The notes under the pieces were generated by a model. The model made no database searches. It saw nothing but the letters and a program-made list of their open reading frames with translations, and was not told where the DNA came from. The position numbers and the translations under genes were made by a program. Shown one piece after another: positions 59,925 to 64,000 of a DNA stretch of 64,000 bases; the stretch's first letter is position 1; the number at the start of each line of letters is the position of its first letter. The stretch comes from an uncultured delta proteobacterium (GTDB taxonomy: Bacteria > Desulfobacterota > RBG-13-43-22). Location of the stretch: positions 416,001-480,000 of the forward strand of contig CAWDKY010000015.1 of the NCBI GenBank assembly GCA_963802945.1, read 5' to 3'.

Positions 59925-61190
59925 ATGACATCTATAGTCCAAAAAACCGTATTACCTAATGGGCTCCGGATCGTCACCGAGACCCTGCCATATCTATATT
60001 CGGTCTCGGTAGGCATCTGGGTGGAAAACGGCTCTCGTGATGAAAGCCCTGATGAAAACGGGATCTCCCATTTTATAGAACACATGATTTTCAAGGGCAC
60101 CCGTAATCGGACGGCCCTTATGATTGCCAAGGAGATGGATGCCATTGGAGGAATGTCCAATGCCTTCACCTCTAAGGAACAGACCTGCTTCTATACCCGC
60201 GTCCTGGATAATCATCTGGAGCAGGGGGTCGAAATACTCCTGGATATCTTTCTGAACTCCCTGTTCGATCCCGAAGAATTGGAAAGGGAACGGCTGGTCG
60301 TTCTCCAGGAAATCAGCATGGTCGAAGATACCCCGGATGAACTGATTCATGTGCTTCTGGGAGAAACGGTCTATCAGGGAAACTCTCTGGCCCAGCCGAT
60401 CCTGGGGACCCCGGAAACCGTTCAGGCGATTAATCAGCAAAAGATCCTGAATTACCTGGGGCGGTCCTATGGTCCGGAAAAGATAGTGGTGGCCGCGGCC
60501 GGAAAGGTGGATCATGAGGCCTTTGTAAATCTGATGGCCCCTGAACTGAACAAGATTCAACCCACCACCCCTGTGGTTAACCGACTTGATCCGATCCTGC
60601 GTTCAAAATCAAAGGTGTTTCCTAAAGATTTGGAACAGGTTCATGTGGCCTGGGCCGCCAAGGCCCCGTCGGCCATTGATCCCAGAAGATATGTCATCAC
60701 CCTGCTGAATGTCATTATGGGCGGAAACATGAGTTCCCGCTTGTTTCAGGAGGTCAGGGAAAAAAGAGGACTGGCCTATGCCATCTATTCCTTTCTCTCT
60801 GCCCACCAGGACACGGGTCTGTGGGGCATCTATACCGCCGTGGCCAAGGAGACCATGACCCAAACTCTGGAAGTGATCGGAGAAGAGCTGCGGAAACTCA
60901 AGAAGGGAGAACTCGATTCAACGGAACTTTCTGCAGCCAAGGAATTTGTCAAAGGCGGGATCCTCCTGGGGGCCGAAAGCAGCGATAACCGCATGACCCG
61001 TATTGCCAAAAATGAAATGACGTTCGGCCGGGACCTTACCTTTGAAGAAGTTCTGGATGATCTGAATAAGGTAACCACCGACGAGCTGGTTGCCCTGGCC
61101 GATGAGATTCTCCAGCCTGACCAATTTTCCCTGGTCTCTCTGGGGCCGGTGAACGATGGTGATCTCCCCACTCCGGCCATAGCCCTGTGA
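59925..61190 (+). CDS. M16 family zinc peptidase (pitrilysin-like)
   Basis: [18 protein letters not shown] inverted zincin motif, [16 protein letters not shown]. Confidence 0.93.
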   Translation: MTSIVQKTVLPNGLRIVTETLPYLYSVSVGIWVENGSRDESPDENGISHFIEHMIFKGTRNRTALMIAKEMDAIGGMSNAFTSKEQTCFYTRVLDNHLEQGVEILLDIFLNSLFDPEELERERLVVLQEISMVEDTPDELIHVLLGETVYQGNSLAQPILGTPETVQAINQQKILNYLGRSYGPEKIVVAAAGKVDHEAFVNLMAPELNKIQPTTPVVNRLDPILRSKSKVFPKDLEQVHVAWAAKAPSAIDPRRYVITLLNVIMGGNMSSRLFQEVREKRGLAYAIYSFLSAHQDTGLWGIYTAVAKETMTQTLEVIGEELRKLKKGELDSTELSAAKEFVKGGILLGAESSDNRMTRIAKNEMTFGRDLTFEEVLDDLNKVTTDELVALADEILQPDQFSLVSLGPVNDGDLPTPAIAL

Positions 61191-61645
61191 TGACCAAGCT
61201 GATCCTTCAAATCCGGCGTCTGAATCCTGAAAGAGATAGGGATATTTCAATTCCCAGATACATGAGCCCCGGCTCCTCCGGACTGGATCTGCCGGCCGCT
61301 ATTGAAAACGAAATAACCCTCTCTCCAGGAGAAATCCGCCTGATCCCAACTGGCCTGGCCATGGCCATACCCATTGGATTTGAAGGCCAGATACGGCCCC
61401 GCAGCGGACTGGCCCTGAAACACGGCATCAGCTTGATCAACACTCCGGGCACCATCGATTCCGATTACCGGGGCGAAATCGGACTGGCGGTCATTAACCT
61501 GGGGCGAAAACCTTATACCATACGCCGCGGAGACCGCCTGGCCCAACTGGTGATCCATAAGGTTTATCAGGCCAATATTCAGGTGGTCGAGGATTTGGAT
61601 CCCACCGACCGGGCCAACGGCGGCTTCGGCCACAGCGGCATCTAA
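61187..61645 (+). CDS. dut: dUTP diphosphatase
   Basis: [28 protein letters not shown]. Confidence 0.97.
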   Translation: MMTKLILQIRRLNPERDRDISIPRYMSPGSSGLDLPAAIENEITLSPGEIRLIPTGLAMAIPIGFEGQIRPRSGLALKHGISLINTPGTIDSDYRGEIGLAVINLGRKPYTIRRGDRLAQLVIHKVYQANIQVVEDLDPTDRANGGFGHSGI

Positions 61646-61664
61646 TCCCTCCTTAATTTTTTCT

Positions 61665-62085
61665 TCGAACTCCGAACTCAACACTCCGAACTTCTTCCCC
61701 GCCTCATCCCTCGTTCCTCGTGCCTCATCCCTCATGCTTTTTATCGCCGAACGCTAAACGACTATTGTTTTTTATTTTTCCTTGACTCCCCCCCTTTTTC
61801 CCTTTATTTACTTATAATTATTTTTGGGCCCTCAGTTTTGAAGTTCAAGTTTTTTTTCGCCGAACGACGAATGCTGAACGTCGAATGTCCTTTTAAAAGT
61901 TTCTCACCCATATTTGTGAAGCTAATATTTCCTTGCTTTTTGAAGTAAGTTACCCGACCAAAGGGCCGATTGAATGGATAGCTGAACAGATAATCTTTTT
62001 TATTAATAAGTATTCAGCCTGTTTGTTATTTTAACAAGTTTGTCCCATTGAATAAACGAGAGAAAGAGTCAAGAGCTGACTTGAC
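61665..62085 (+). repeat. non-coding promoter/palindrome platform, copy 2, with extra heptamer blocks
   Basis: Inverted homolog of 41592-41895; TTGACT at 61782; terminal GTCAAG-AGCTGA-CTTGAC. Confidence 0.85.
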
Positions 62086-62138
62086 ACATTTTGACCAAAA
62101 AGAATCTACACAGACAAATTCAATAAGGAGGTGCTTAA

Positions 62139-63030
62139 ATGCCCAAAGTAAATGCCAACGGGATTCAAATTGAATATGAAACCTTCGGAAACGCATCAGG
62201 CCGACCGCTGCTTCTGATCATCGGGTTGGGCGGGCAATTGATCCACTGGGACGACGATATTTGCCGAGACTTCGCAAAACGCGGTTACTATGTCATTCGA
62301 TTTGACAACCGGGATGTCGGGCTCTCCACCAAATTCGAGGAAGCCGGCGTGCCGGACCTAATGGAAATATTCGGAAAGCTCATGCAAGGGCGAGAAGATC
62401 AAGCCGCCATACACAGTGGAAGATATGGCTGACGACGCGGTAGGCCTCCTGGACGCCCTTGGAATTCAGAAGGCCCACATCTGCGGTATGTCCATGGGGG
62501 GAATGATCGCCCAGACGATCGCGATCCGGCATCCTTCCCGCGTCCTGAGTTTGACCTCCATTTACTCAAACACCGGCAATCCGGAACTTCCTCAACCGAA
62601 GCCGGAGGTGATGGGACTGCTTATCACCCCTCCTCCCATCGAGCGGGAGGCGAACATCGAGCACATGCTTAATGTCTTTAAAACCATTGCCGGCCCTGGT
62701 TTTCCAGTGGATGAAAAGTGGACCCGCAAGATCCTGGCTGAGGGCTACGACCGCTGCTTTTACCCCCAGGGCGAAGCCCGCCAGCTCGTTGCCATTCTAA
62801 CGCAAGACAACAGGGTCCCCGCCCTTGCTTCAGTAAAGGTGCCGACCCTGGTGGTTCATGGAACCAAAGATCCTCTTGTCCCGGTAGAGGGAGGTAAGGA
62901 CACGGCCAAAGCGATCCCGGGAGCTCAACTGATGCTGATCGAGGGCATGGGGCACGATCTCCCGCACGGCGGGGCTTGGCCCCGGATCATCGAGGCCATC
63001 GTTGCCCACACGCAAAAGGCCGTTGTTTGA
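62139..63030 (+). CDS. alpha/beta hydrolase split by a +1 frameshift (extra G at 62388-62390)
   Basis: FDNRDVGLS, GMSMGG, HGTKDP, GMGHD; removing one G gives MQGEKIKPPYTVEDMA. Confidence 0.85.
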
Positions 63031-63689
63031 TAAGGAAGTTGCTTTTTGACTGACACGTTATGACAGAGGTCTTAGGGTCACCCTTCAAGAGAGCTTTGAA
63101 AGGCCTCTCTCAGGGGGAAAGGCGACCCATTTGTATACGGGGTCAAGGTTCAGGCATTAGTCATTAAGTATTTCCCAGATTCCTTTTTTATCTCTCAATA
63201 TTAGAATCAATTCTTTTATCTTGTCGTTATCCTTCGGTCTGATGGTATCACTTGTTGTGGATGACTGCGCGCCTAGGGTCGAGGCGATCCCACAAAACCA
63301 ATATCCTTTTATCGTTAGCCCGAAACACCAAGGCAAACTTTCTCAGGTGACGGGATCTGATAAATACCCCCGTGCTCCCGCACGGGGTATTAAAAATCAA
63401 ACACTGACTGTTTTGGATTTTTCTATGCGTCTTTGATGCTCATATCAAATTATGTCTGGTGTCATCTTCGGTATGACTGGTCCTTTTTATATTTATCGAA
63501 TTTCCTCTTGAAGAAGTTGTCACAAGGGAAGGGAGCCAAGCCTCCAACAGGTCTTGAAAGCCGATAAATTTGGTTTGTTTTTTCTTGAAAGAAGCATTAT
63601 ATTCCATAAAGAACTCCTGTTGCCCGCTTTGGAGTATCTAATCAACCAGTAACATTCATCAAGGTATTAAAATTCAAAAATAAGGGGGA

Positions 63690-64000
63690 ATGTCTTTGGG
63701 TTTTAAAACACCGAAAATCTCCTATTCGGGAAAAATAAACGAGGTGACCATCGGGAAAGCTTCTACCCTCACTGTTGGGGGAGAGAGTTCTTATCCCTTT
63801 CATTTATTTGAAGGGCAAATGCCGAATCCTCCTAAAATTGCCATGGAAATATGGGACACGCAGCCGGATGACTGGCCAATAACCGCAATGGAGCCTTTTG
63901 CCGATGGTCTGGCTGATCCAGCGGCTTGGGCCAAGAAATGCGTGGAGGAATTTGGAGCGGAAGCCATTGTTATTCAACTTAAAAGTACGGACCCCAATGG
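63690..64000 (+). CDS. acsD: acetyl-CoA decarbonylase/synthase delta subunit (corrinoid Fe-S protein small subunit), 5' part
   Basis: YSGKINEVTIG...VGGESSYPFHLFEGQMPNPPKIAMEIWD...DPAAWAKKCV...LKSTDPN; runs off the window. Confidence 0.88.
   Translation, partial: MSLGFKTPKISYSGKINEVTIGKASTLTVGGESSYPFHLFEGQMPNPPKIAMEIWDTQPDDWPITAMEPFADGLADPAAWAKKCVEEFGAEAIVIQLKSTDPN

Noticed and set aside
411-61455. Numerous 60-230 aa ORFs antisense to or nested within recognised genes
   Set aside because: Shadow frames with no motifs or RBS; the opposite-strand gene explains the sequence
61247-61735. 162-aa minus-strand ORF with a MRDEARGTRDEA start
   Set aside because: Antisense to dut; its start derives from heptamer repeats
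63310-63392. glycine riboswitch-like CTCAGGT segment followed by a hairpin
   Set aside because: The upstream GGAGA/CCGAAG aptamer elements are missing; only the hairpin ACCCCCGTG-CTCCCG-CACGGGGT is supported
1-64000. CRISPR array or rRNA
   Set aside because: No regularly spaced 23-47 nt repeats with unique spacers, no cas genes and no rRNA-like sequence were seen

Overview
64 kb of a bacterial chromosome that looks like an anaerobic Desulfobacterota/deltaproteobacterium (inferred from gene content: acsD/cdhD start at the right edge, acyl-CoA/MaoC/thiolase catabolism, rimP-nusA-ylxR-infB-DUF503-rbfA-truB-rpsO-pnp-M16-dut block). The left half is accessory metabolism with two RelE/Phd toxin-antitoxin pairs, decayed genes and several dispersed non-coding repeat families. 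tRNA-Arg(CCG) carries an integrase scar and tRNA-Gly(CCC) precedes rimP. An AT-rich island at about 39.2-44.6 kb holds an uncharacterised three-gene operon and a BamHI-like type II restriction-modification system with a C protein. The most unusual observation is a roughly 300-420 bp non-coding platform present twice in inverted orientation (41592-41895 and 61665-62085). It contains a sigma70-like promoter and ends in a GTCAAG-N6-CTTGAC palindrome. Unrelated cargo genes follow each copy, and both cargoes are closed by the same short downstream motifs, which suggests a promoter-plus-insertion-site cassette capture system (inference; no recombinase is seen in the window). Several single-base indels, mostly in short homopolymers and including ones in infB, suggest consensus errors, so split genes and the pnp-M16 fusion need read-level confirmation. 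No CRISPR array or rRNA was found.
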